Part shown: piece after piece, positions 9,854-17,456 of the stretch
Layout: each line of letters opens with the position of its first letter
Position numbering within the stretch: position 1 is the first letter of the stretch
Origin: Deferribacterales bacterium
GTDB taxonomy: Bacteria; Chrysiogenota; Deferribacteres; Deferribacterales; Geovibrionaceae
Direction of reading: 5' to 3'
Length of the DNA: 64,000 nucleotides
Assembly: GCA_050251945.1 (NCBI GenBank)
Contig: JBFWLW010000007.1
Span: 68,112-132,111, forward strand
Notes under the pieces: generated by a model
Databases searched by the model: none
The model's input: only the letters and a program-made list of their open reading frames with translations
What the model was told of the DNA's origin: nothing
Translations under genes and position numbers: made by a program

Positions 9854-10839
9854 TGTTTCCTCGCCGCGAGCATCTCAAGGAAAGATTCGATGCGTATTTT
9901 TGTGCGCGCGTCTATGCCGCCCGGTGCGTCGCCCTCAATGGTGAGAATAGGGCATTTTATGTTCTTGCGGATGGTGATGTCCTGCATCTGGCGATAGCAG
10001 AACGACTGAACATAGTGGATGATGCCGTCCAGTCTGCGTTCCTCAACAGCTTTCTTTATATCTGCCACCCTGCCGAAAACGTCGTATGGGTAGGTGTAAT
10101 CGACGTAGCGCTGAACGTAGTCCGGATCGTTAGACGGTATCGCGAACTGACGCTGGATCTCGTTGAAAACCACCCGTGCGCCTTTGGATTCGACAAACTG
10201 GTATATGTCGGAGAATATCGTCGGAACGCCGATGAAGCCGATTCGCAGTCCTTCCTGCTCAAGAAACCTGCTTTCGGTCATTGACAGAAAATCGTCGAGG
10301 TCTTTGTCGTATGTTGAAAGGCTGGAGTTAAAATCCGTTGAGCTTACCAGCCAGAGGTGGTTCTCGAAACCGGAAACATGTCCTTCGACTGTCATTTTGT
10401 CCAGTTTGCGCAGTTTCTCTCTCACCGGGTCAGTATATTTTGAATATTCCACTGCATCTTCCAGAGTGGTTCCGACAGATTTTGAAAAGCGTTTCATCTC
10501 TGCCTTAAGCTGATCGTATCTGCTCTCTTTTTCAAATGGATAGCTGAACGAGTGAACCTTTATGCCTGCGGATATGAAAAGTTCCGCCAGCGCGTGTGAA
10601 TTGCTGCAATCCCCCTGCGTAACGGCGACAACCTCGTCAATTTCCGCCTTTTTAACGGCGGTGTAGATGCCTTTTATCCATGCGCAGAGGTTGCGCGGCA
10701 AACCTTCATCCTCGGCTTCCTCCGCCATTTTTATGGGGTCGTGGTCTGTGATGAAAACATTGTTCAGGTCAACGGGTGTTTTGCCCGCCGCCAGAACTAT
10801 TTCCACCGGAATTGTTGTTGTGAATCCAACTTTCGACAT
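9850..10839 (-). CDS. 2-hydroxyacyl-CoA dehydratase-like Fe-S subunit (HGD-D family)
   Basis: PVEIVLAAG, LCAWIKG, GDCSN, DGIIHYVQSFC, PILTIEGD, RIESFLEML; overlaps the activator gene. Confidence 0.9.
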   Translation of the reverse strand: MSKVGFTTTIPVEIVLAAGKTPVDLNNVFITDHDPIKMAEEAEDEGLPRNLCAWIKGIYTAVKKAEIDEVVAVTQGDCSNSHALAELFISAGIKVHSFSYPFEKESRYDQLKAEMKRFSKSVGTTLEDAVEYSKYTDPVREKLRKLDKMTVEGHVSGFENHLWLVSSTDFNSSLSTYDKDLDDFLSMTESRFLEQEGLRIGFIGVPTIFSDIYQFVESKGARVVFNEIQRQFAIPSNDPDYVQRYVDYTYPYDVFGRVADIKKAVEERRLDGIIHYVQSFCYRQMQDITIRKNIKCPILTIEGDAPGGIDARTKIRIESFLEMLAARKQ

Positions 10840-11141
10840 TATTTAAGACTGAAATCTATGTATCTGCGCACTTCTCTGTGCAGACCCTGTCTGTTTTTAA
10901 AGATAACCATATTCTGTTCAAAGAACCTGTCCATTTCGTTGAAGTCCACAAGGTCTATTGTGTCGCCGCTCATTCTGTCCTGAAGGCGGATAACTTTTGT
11001 AAATTCGTTCTCTTTCATCTTTTTAGTTTTTATTTTCTGTTTTTTATTATAGATATACAGTTCGCATGCCTCGCCTTCGCAGTCAAGTTTTGCATCGTAC
11101 CATGTCATATCTTCAAAAACAGCCATCCATCTTTCACTCAT
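10839..11141 (-). CDS. Hypothetical protein (100 aa)
   Basis: Tightly packed in the minus-strand operon; no motif recognised. Confidence 0.75.
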   Translation of the reverse strand: MSERWMAVFEDMTWYDAKLDCEGEACELYIYNKKQKIKTKKMKENEFTKVIRLQDRMSGDTIDLVDFNEMDRFFEQNMVIFKNRQGLHREVRRYIDFSLK

Positions 11142-11142
11142 G

Positions 11143-11451
11143 TTATATCAGACCCTTTGCCCTTTTTATGTCTGTACGGCGCTGTTCCGAAAAGTCCTGT
11201 ATGTCTTTCATAAATCTGTAGTTATAGAGATGCTGAAGGTCTTCTGCGGATTTAACGCCCATCACAAGGTCGAACAGATCGTTGTCAAACATCTTCACCA
11301 GCATTTCAATGAAGTTTTCAAGGTCTTGTTCTGTGTAGCTTTCGGGAAGGTAATTTGTAACATAATCACGAAGGAACATCTCATTTTCCAGTATTGCGCG
11401 GCGCGCCGCCTGAAAAATAGCTTTTTTCCTGAGTGCTTCCATTCTTTCCAT
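11143..11451 (-). CDS. sdhE: SdhE/Sdh5-like FAD assembly factor
   Basis: RKKAIFQAARRAILENEMFL and DNDLFDLVMG resemble SdhE RRGxxE and DxDLxxW regions; GGAG RBS. Confidence 0.65.
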   Translation of the reverse strand: MERMEALRKKAIFQAARRAILENEMFLRDYVTNYLPESYTEQDLENFIEMLVKMFDNDLFDLVMGVKSAEDLQHLYNYRFMKDIQDFSEQRRTDIKRAKGLI

Positions 11452-11476
11452 GTGTGTCTCCGTTTAGCAATATATA

Positions 11477-13030
11477 TCAATCAGTTTTTTCGTCAATATG
11501 AACGGGTGTAACTGTCACCGACCGGAATCTGTGGTATATAACAAAGCCGGGCGGCGTGTTCTTAGGCTTTTTTACGTTTTTTTTCTGTGTATAGTCAACG
11601 GTAACTTTAAGATTCAGTTTCGCCTTGCTCATTCCGGCGACAATTGCGGCGCACTGTTCTGCTTCATCATGTGTCATGCTGCCGCTTTTGCGGAATATAA
11701 GATGCGCCGACGGTATTTTCTGCGCGTGGAACCATATGTCGTCCGGATTTGCGAACTGGAACACCAGCCTGTGATTGCTCACCGAATTCCGCCCTATGTA
11801 TGCCGTTCCACCGCATATTTCAAGCCGTATGAACTGTTTCTCTTTTATCTGTCTTTTCTGTTTCGGTTCGGATTTTTTCATTTCGAGGGCAAGCTCGCGA
11901 AGCTCGTCCTCCTTCGCCGATATCTCTATGTAGTAAAGCTGTTCCAGAGCGGAATCTATCATGTTGTCGACTTCGCCCATGCGCGATGTAAGAAGCGCCA
12001 CCGAGCGCTCCAGCTTGTCCGCGCGTCTATACAGCCTGTTCACCTCTTTGTTGGCGTCAAAAAGTTCGGGTATGTCAAACGGCACCGTTTCGATGCCGTC
12101 TTCTGTGTAGTTCACAAGTTCGATTCGACCTTTTCCGCCTTTCAGAAGATGCAGATTGCTTTTCAGCAAATCAGCCTTTGTGCGCACCATCGGAAAAGTT
12201 TCCGCCTCGGCGTATTCCTCTTTCAGCTTGTCTTTCAGCGTAAGATACTTTTCCGCCTGTTTTTCAAAAAAACGCGTCAGGCGCAGGCGGATGCTGTCGT
12301 CTTTTTTAACAGCAGGCTTGTACAGCCTGTCTTTCAGGCTGTCTATATCGGCTGTTGTGCTGTCCTCAAACGGCTTGAACGGGATTACCCGCCCCTGTGC
12401 ATCAATGTGGAAAATGCCGTCTGTCAGGCTTTCGTTTATGAGCGTAGCGGTCTCCGCAAAGCTGTACCCGTTTGCAAGATACGTTTCCGCGTGCTTCACT
12501 GTAACGGGGTAAAAACCAAGAAGGTCTGCAAAATTTGCGGTGGCATATTTTTCAAGTGTGTCGCGCTTGTTGAGCCTCGGTGCGGAGTATCTTTCGCCCA
12601 CGGAAAAGCTTCTGTCGGGGTCTGCGTTGTTCTTCGCGAACAGCCAGATGATATTTCCGTTCTCGTTCACAAGTGCGGCGTTAGCCATCTTGCCTATCAG
12701 CTCGAATATCAGCCTGTGGGTCTCCATCTTTCCGCTGGGTCTGCGCTTTTCAATGTTCAGCCAGAAAAGACGGTCGTATCTTCTTCCGCCTATTTCTACA
12801 ATCTTTCCGCCGGAGAGCCTGTCCAGAAAAGGATCAGGAACACCTTCCTGCACGTCTGACGTGAAGAGAGCGGGAGCGCCGCCTGTAATGCGTACGTGCA
12901 GGCTCTTTCTGTCAGGCGCGAAAAGTCCTATGGTGAGACTGTCTTCGGTGACGTTTATCTTTGTCGCCTGAATGCCTTCGTACCGCTGCTTTATAGTATT
13001 CACCGCTTTGGTGAGTGTGAGTCCGTCCAG
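11477..13030 (-). CDS. rqcH: RqcH/Rqc2 (NFACT, FbpA family) ribosome quality-control factor
   Basis: DGLTL N-terminus, LIFELIGKMANAAL, coiled coil, GRN, DIWFHAQKIPSAH, VDYT..KNVKKP..PPGFVIY; probable CTG start. Confidence 0.9.
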   Translation of the reverse strand: MDGLTLTKAVNTIKQRYEGIQATKINVTEDSLTIGLFAPDRKSLHVRITGGAPALFTSDVQEGVPDPFLDRLSGGKIVEIGGRRYDRLFWLNIEKRRPSGKMETHRLIFELIGKMANAALVNENGNIIWLFAKNNADPDRSFSVGERYSAPRLNKRDTLEKYATANFADLLGFYPVTVKHAETYLANGYSFAETATLINESLTDGIFHIDAQGRVIPFKPFEDSTTADIDSLKDRLYKPAVKKDDSIRLRLTRFFEKQAEKYLTLKDKLKEEYAEAETFPMVRTKADLLKSNLHLLKGGKGRIELVNYTEDGIETVPFDIPELFDANKEVNRLYRRADKLERSVALLTSRMGEVDNMIDSALEQLYYIEISAKEDELRELALEMKKSEPKQKRQIKEKQFIRLEICGGTAYIGRNSVSNHRLVFQFANPDDIWFHAQKIPSAHLIFRKSGSMTHDEAEQCAAIVAGMSKAKLNLKVTVDYTQKKNVKKPKNTPPGFVIYHRFRSVTVTPVHIDEKTD

Positions 13031-13091
13031 AGTCTTTCTCCTTTCATACGAAGCACACATACTACACTAATTTTTCGCATAAAACAAATCA

Positions 13092-13119
13092 TTGACACAG
13101 AAAAGACCGGGCTTATATT
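13092..13119 (+). promoter_or_regulatory. Sigma70-like promoter of the candidate sRNA
   Basis: TTGACA-16 bp-TATATT. Confidence 0.6.
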
Positions 13120-13125
13120 TAGACT

Positions 13126-13212
13126 TAGCAATAACCGGCAGTAAAACATAACCCTCCTCCCTCCTTAACACGGAGGAACTCAGGCTCGACTAACCACCGA
13201 GCCTGTTTGTTT
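13126..13212 (+). ncRNA. Candidate small RNA with anti-SD motifs
   Basis: Bounded by a promoter and the terminator CAGGCTCG-N9-CGAGCCTG-TTTGTTT; contains CCCTCCTCCCTCCTT and hairpin CCTCC-ttaacac-GGAGG; 5' end inferred. Confidence 0.5.
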
Positions 13213-13215
13213 ATA

Positions 13216-13335
13216 AGGCTTCCAACATGCGGCGTATTACTTCGTCAGTTTGTTGTTTCCTTGGGTCATGTACCGGTGTGTACACTCCCCTGCGGAAGCA
13301 AAAACTTCCTTGTACTACTTGCATTTTGAAAACCT
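13216..13335. mobile_element. TA-flanked 120-bp palindromic MITE-like element
   Basis: TA-AGGCTTCCAACATGC...GCATTTTGAAAACCT-TA imperfect terminal inverted repeats; internal arms GGGTCATGTAC/GTACACTCCC. Confidence 0.7.
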
Positions 13336-13356
13336 TAGGCTAAGCTTGCATTTCAC

Positions 13357-13388
13357 GTCTCTGCGGGGAGCGTGCGACGAAGCAGTCT
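13357..13388. repeat. REP-like family A half unit
   Basis: GTCTCTGCGGGGAGCGTGCGACGAAGCAGTCT resembles copies near 46578, 47875, 50554 and 55441. Confidence 0.7.
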
Positions 13389-13570
13389 AATGCCTGCCGC
13401 ACTGCCGTCAGTTCCGGCAGAAGGACTATAAAATTCTTGTTCAGCTTTGCGTCTATAAACATATCCCCCTCTCTCTTTGATATTGCGCCTGTTTTCTTTT
13501 GAAACTTGATTTTTTTGGTAAAAAACATAATATTCATTTGCGTAAAAAATTATTATCAGGAGGTTTTCAT

Positions 13571-15439
13571 ATGTCACAGGAGAGAATGCAGTTCAAAACC
13601 GAGGTGAACAAACTTCTTGAGCTGATGATTCATTCACTGTACTCGCACAAGGAGATATTCTTAAGAGAACTTATCTCCAACGCGTCCGATGCAATCGACA
13701 AGCTGCGCTTTCATGCCCTGACCAACGACACACTTATCGAGGGTGATGCTGATTACAAAATTAAGCTTATCCCCGACAAAGAAAAGAACACCCTGACCAT
13801 CGTTGACAACGGCATAGGCATGACAAAGGACGAGGCTGTTAAAGCGCTTGGCACGATTGCCCATTCCGGTACGAAAGAGTTCATGCAGCTGCTTGAAAAG
13901 AAAGAGAACAGCCCTGAGCTGATAGGTCAGTTCGGCGTGGGTTTCTACTCTTCGTTCATGGTTGCCGACCGCGTTACCGTCTGTTCAAGGAAAGCGGGTG
14001 AGGATGCCAGCGTCGGTATAAAATGGGAATCCACCGCCGATGGCTCATTCACCGTCGAACCTTATGAAATGAGCGAACGCGGGACACGCATTGTTCTGTA
14101 CCTGAAAGACGACAGCAAAGAATACACGGATCAGTGGGAAATAAAAGATATCGTAAAAAAATATTCCGATTACATAAGCTATCCGGTTGTTATGGACACA
14201 ACTAAGAAAGAGGAAGAGAAGGACATAGTTGAGGAAGAGACGCTGAACTCCATGAAAGCTATCTGGCTGAAAGACAAAAACGAAGTTCAGCCGGACGAGT
14301 ATAACCAGTTCTACCGTCATATCTCCCACGATTTCAAAGATGCTGCTTCAACAATTCATTTTAAGGCGGAGGGAACTTCCGAGTTCGCGGCTCTGCTGTT
14401 TATCCCTTCAAAAGCGCCGATGAACATCCTCTATGCCGATTTCAAATCAGGTCCCGCGCTCTATGTGCGCCGCGTACAGATCATGGAACACTGCGGCGAA
14501 CTGATACCCAGCTGGCTGCGTTTTCTCGTCGGTGTTGTGGATTCGTCAGACCTGCCGCTGAACGTTTCCCGCGAGATTCTGCAAAACAACAGACAGGTTG
14601 AGACAATCAAAAACAACATCACCAAAAAGGTTCTGGAAACGTTGGTAAAAATGAAGGCTTCCGAACCGGAAAAGTACCTTGAATTTTTCAACGAATTCGG
14701 CAGAGTGCTGAAAGAAGGCGTACATTTTGACTTTAAACGCAAAGAGGAGATAGCTTCCCTTATGGTGATGCAGTCAACAGCAACAGAGAGCGGAAAGATT
14801 ACTTGTCTGGACGATTATCTTGCCCGTATGAAAACGGAGCAGGACGAAATATATTATATAACAGGTAAAAGCCGCGCCGAACTGGAAAAATCGCCCTATC
14901 TGGAAGCTCTGAAAGAGAAAGAGCTTGAAGTGCTTTTCATGACCGACGACGTGGACGATATAATCATCTCAGGTCTTATGGAATACAAGGGCAAGAAATT
15001 CAAATCCATCCTTAAAGGTGATATCAGCCTTGGCAAAGAGGATGAGAAGAAAGAGGCGAAAGAGCATTTCGCTAAACTTACCGAAAAGGTGAAAGCGGTT
15101 CTGGGTGACAGCGTGAGCGAGGTCAGGCTTTCTTCAAGGCTTAAGAACTCACCCTGTGTTCTGGTGTCCGGCGATTCCGACATAGACCCCAACCTTGAGG
15201 CGATGCTTAAACAGATGGGACAGGAAGTACCCAAAAGAAGCAAAATACTGGAACTTAATCCTGACCATGCGCTGATTGAAAAGTTAAACGCGGAGTTTGA
15301 AAACAACCCCGACGGCGATAAGGTGGCGGATATAAGTGAATTGCTTTACGATCAGGCACTTATCCTCGAGGGGAGCATGCCCGCGGACACAGCGAAATTT
15401 GCTTCACTTTTAACGAAGGTAATGACTGAAACAGTTTAA
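13571..15439 (+). CDS. htpG: Molecular chaperone HtpG (Hsp90)
   Basis: LYSHKEIFLRELISNASDA, DNGIGM, LIGQFGVGFYS; GGAGG RBS before ATG 13571. Confidence 0.98.
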   Translation: MSQERMQFKTEVNKLLELMIHSLYSHKEIFLRELISNASDAIDKLRFHALTNDTLIEGDADYKIKLIPDKEKNTLTIVDNGIGMTKDEAVKALGTIAHSGTKEFMQLLEKKENSPELIGQFGVGFYSSFMVADRVTVCSRKAGEDASVGIKWESTADGSFTVEPYEMSERGTRIVLYLKDDSKEYTDQWEIKDIVKKYSDYISYPVVMDTTKKEEEKDIVEEETLNSMKAIWLKDKNEVQPDEYNQFYRHISHDFKDAASTIHFKAEGTSEFAALLFIPSKAPMNILYADFKSGPALYVRRVQIMEHCGELIPSWLRFLVGVVDSSDLPLNVSREILQNNRQVETIKNNITKKVLETLVKMKASEPEKYLEFFNEFGRVLKEGVHFDFKRKEEIASLMVMQSTATESGKITCLDDYLARMKTEQDEIYYITGKSRAELEKSPYLEALKEKELEVLFMTDDVDDIIISGLMEYKGKKFKSILKGDISLGKEDEKKEAKEHFAKLTEKVKAVLGDSVSEVRLSSRLKNSPCVLVSGDSDIDPNLEAMLKQMGQEVPKRSKILELNPDHALIEKLNAEFENNPDGDKVADISELLYDQALILEGSMPADTAKFASLLTKVMTETV

Positions 15440-15450
15440 TGTATAACCGG

Positions 15451-15478
15451 AAAGTGGGGCATTTGCCCCACTTTTTTT
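15451..15478 (+). terminator. Intrinsic terminator of htpG
   Basis: AAAGTGGGGC-attt-GCCCCACTTT followed by a T run. Confidence 0.88.
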
Positions 15479-15511
15479 AGGTATGGATTAAAACAAATAT
15501 TTAGGTATAAT

Positions 15512-15853
15512 ATGCGAAATAGTGCGTTGTTCGTTGGGATGCTTACAATGTCGAACGTTTTTATGACGTTCGCATGGTACGGGCATCTGAAACATCAGGC
15601 GGACAGAAGCTGGCTTTGGGCTGTTTTTATAAGCTGGGGAATAGCATTTTTTGAATATCTCATTCAGGTTCCTGCAAACCGGTTTGGATATCAGACGCTT
15701 TCTCTCGGTCAGCTTAAGATAACACAGGAGGTTATAACCCTTCTGGTGTTCATTCCGTTTTCGGTTGTTTTCATGAAAGAGCCGCTGAAGCTGAATTATC
15801 TTTGGGCGGCGCTCTGCATGACGGGGGCAGTGTATTTTATATTTAAGGGGTAA
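15512..15853 (+). CDS. Small DMT-superfamily membrane protein (DUF486-like)
   Basis: SNVFMTFAWYGHLK, SWGIAFFEY..QVPANR, QLKITQEVITL. Confidence 0.88.
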   Translation: MRNSALFVGMLTMSNVFMTFAWYGHLKHQADRSWLWAVFISWGIAFFEYLIQVPANRFGYQTLSLGQLKITQEVITLLVFIPFSVVFMKEPLKLNYLWAALCMTGAVYFIFKG

Positions 15854-15856
15854 AAA

Positions 15857-16201
15857 ATGACAGAGTTGGATTCAGCGGTTGAGATTATCAAATCAATTGC
15901 CGACAGAAACAGGCTCCGAATGGTGCTTATGCTGAACAAACGCCCGATGTGCGTTTGTGAACTGGACACAGTGCTGGGCATAGCGCTTTCAACTATTTCC
16001 GCACACCTGAAGCAGATGCGTTCCGCAGGGGTTATAACCTCTGAAAAGGACGGACGCTGGGTGATCTATCGCGTTTCTGACGATTCCTCAATCCGTATGA
16101 TCGTAAATTCGTTGGCACTGCAATTAGCTGATGATAAACAGATTATACAGGATTATGACGCGATATCGGATATCACGCGTGAGGTATGTTCTAAAAAATA
16201 G
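15857..16201 (+). CDS. ArsR/SmtB-family regulator
   Basis: IADRNRLRMV, MCVCEL, STISAHLKQM, KDGRWVIY. Confidence 0.92.
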   Translation: MTELDSAVEIIKSIADRNRLRMVLMLNKRPMCVCELDTVLGIALSTISAHLKQMRSAGVITSEKDGRWVIYRVSDDSSIRMIVNSLALQLADDKQIIQDYDAISDITREVCSKK

Positions 16202-16285
16202 TAAATTTGTCTGAATTTCCGCTTGAAATTGAGATAAAACTAGTATACTTTAACGTTGAGTATTTGATCATTCAGGCGGTGTAAC

Positions 16286-16720
16286 ATGAATAATAAAATG
16301 GTTGAGCAGGATCTCGACACAATGGAAGCTTTTTCAAAGCTCGTGCAGACGGCGGAGACAGTATCCGCTTGCGCTTATGCGCATCTTAAGGATTTCGGTC
16401 TTACAGTGAGCCAGTTCGGCGTTCTTGAAGCTCTTTACACAAAAGGAGCTATGTGCCAGAAAGACATTGCGGAGATAATCCGCAAGACCACAGGCAACAT
16501 GACCACTGTTATAGACAATCTTGAAAAGAGCGGACTTGCAGAAAGACGCAAAGACCAGAGCGACAGACGTTTTTTTACCGTGTCCATCACAGAAAAGGGC
16601 ATGGATCTGCTTAACATGGTCTACGACCGTTATAAAAGCAACGTTGAGCGCGTAATTGGCAGACTTTCAGCGGAAGACAGACAGACACTTGAGACTATTC
16701 TCCGCAAATTAAGCTGTTAA
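16286..16720 (+). CDS. MarR-family regulator (MhqR-like)
   Basis: GLTVSQFGVLEAL, IDNLEKSG, DRR..VSITEKG. Confidence 0.92.
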   Translation: MNNKMVEQDLDTMEAFSKLVQTAETVSACAYAHLKDFGLTVSQFGVLEALYTKGAMCQKDIAEIIRKTTGNMTTVIDNLEKSGLAERRKDQSDRRFFTVSITEKGMDLLNMVYDRYKSNVERVIGRLSAEDRQTLETILRKLSC

Positions 16721-16828
16721 ATTTTTTTACCCGTAAAGGGAAAAGATTTATCTGAAGCTAATATATGTCTTGAAACGCAGATATTTGTAGTCTATCCTTG
16801 TTCTATCATATGATACAGGGAGACTGTC

Positions 16829-17344
16829 ATGCATGAAAAGAGTATAGAGCTTCTGAACAAAGCTATTGCGGATGAGGTGGCAACGCTCCACCAGTACATG
16901 TATTTCCATTTCCACTGCGACGATCAGGGGTATGACCTGCTTGCCGCACTGTTTAAGAGAACTGCCATTGAAGAGATGATCCACGTTGAGCGTCTTTCAG
17001 ACAGGATTCTGTTCCTTAACGGTGAAATAGAGCTTAAAGCAGGATGGGATGTTTTTAAACAGAAAGACGTCTCTAAAATGCTTGATATGGCACGGAAGAT
17101 GGAAGAAAAGAGTGCGATGGATTATAACAGATGGGCAAATGAGTGCTCTGCTAACGCGGATTCTGTTTCCAAGAAACTTTTTGAGGATCTTGTTAACGAT
17201 GAAGAGCGCCACTATGACCAGTTTGACGACGAAAGGGAAAACATGAGCCGTTTCGGAGAAAATTATCTCGCACTTCAGTCTATGGAAAGAAGCAAAACCC
17301 GCTCTAATTTGCCCCCAGTGGGCAGCGGCGGAGCAGACGCTTAA
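16829..17344 (+). CDS. bfr: Bacterioferritin
   Basis: Ferroxidase motifs E..HQY, EEMIH (with heme Met), RILFL, DEERH. Confidence 0.88.
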   Translation: MHEKSIELLNKAIADEVATLHQYMYFHFHCDDQGYDLLAALFKRTAIEEMIHVERLSDRILFLNGEIELKAGWDVFKQKDVSKMLDMARKMEEKSAMDYNRWANECSANADSVSKKLFEDLVNDEERHYDQFDDERENMSRFGENYLALQSMERSKTRSNLPPVGSGGADA

Positions 17345-17367
17345 CTTTGGCATCACAAAAAAAACAC

Positions 17368-17399
17368 AACCCGCATGTTCCTGAATATGCGGGTTTTTT
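17368..17399 (+). terminator. Intrinsic terminator of bfr
   Basis: AACCCGCATGTTC-ct-GAATATGCGGGTT followed by a T run. Confidence 0.8.
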
Positions 17400-17456
17400 C
17401 TTGTCTTTTCTGTTTTAAACATGTATTCTCCATAAGTTTTTACCGGCAGGTCAAAA

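Noticed and set aside
11498..12859. Long antisense ORFs (453 aa here; also 18132-19217, 30176-31066, 44641-45513, 52536-53414)
   Set aside because: Shadows of well-supported genes on the opposite strand, with no recognisable motifs
13400..13495. GACGCAAAGC on the minus strand suggesting a c-di-GMP-I riboswitch
   Set aside because: The GGCAAAC/GAAA P2 stem and downstream conserved elements are missing
13480..13570. CIRCE or sigma32 element before htpG
   Set aside because: No TTAGCACTC-N9-GAGTGCTAA and no convincing CCCCAT -10
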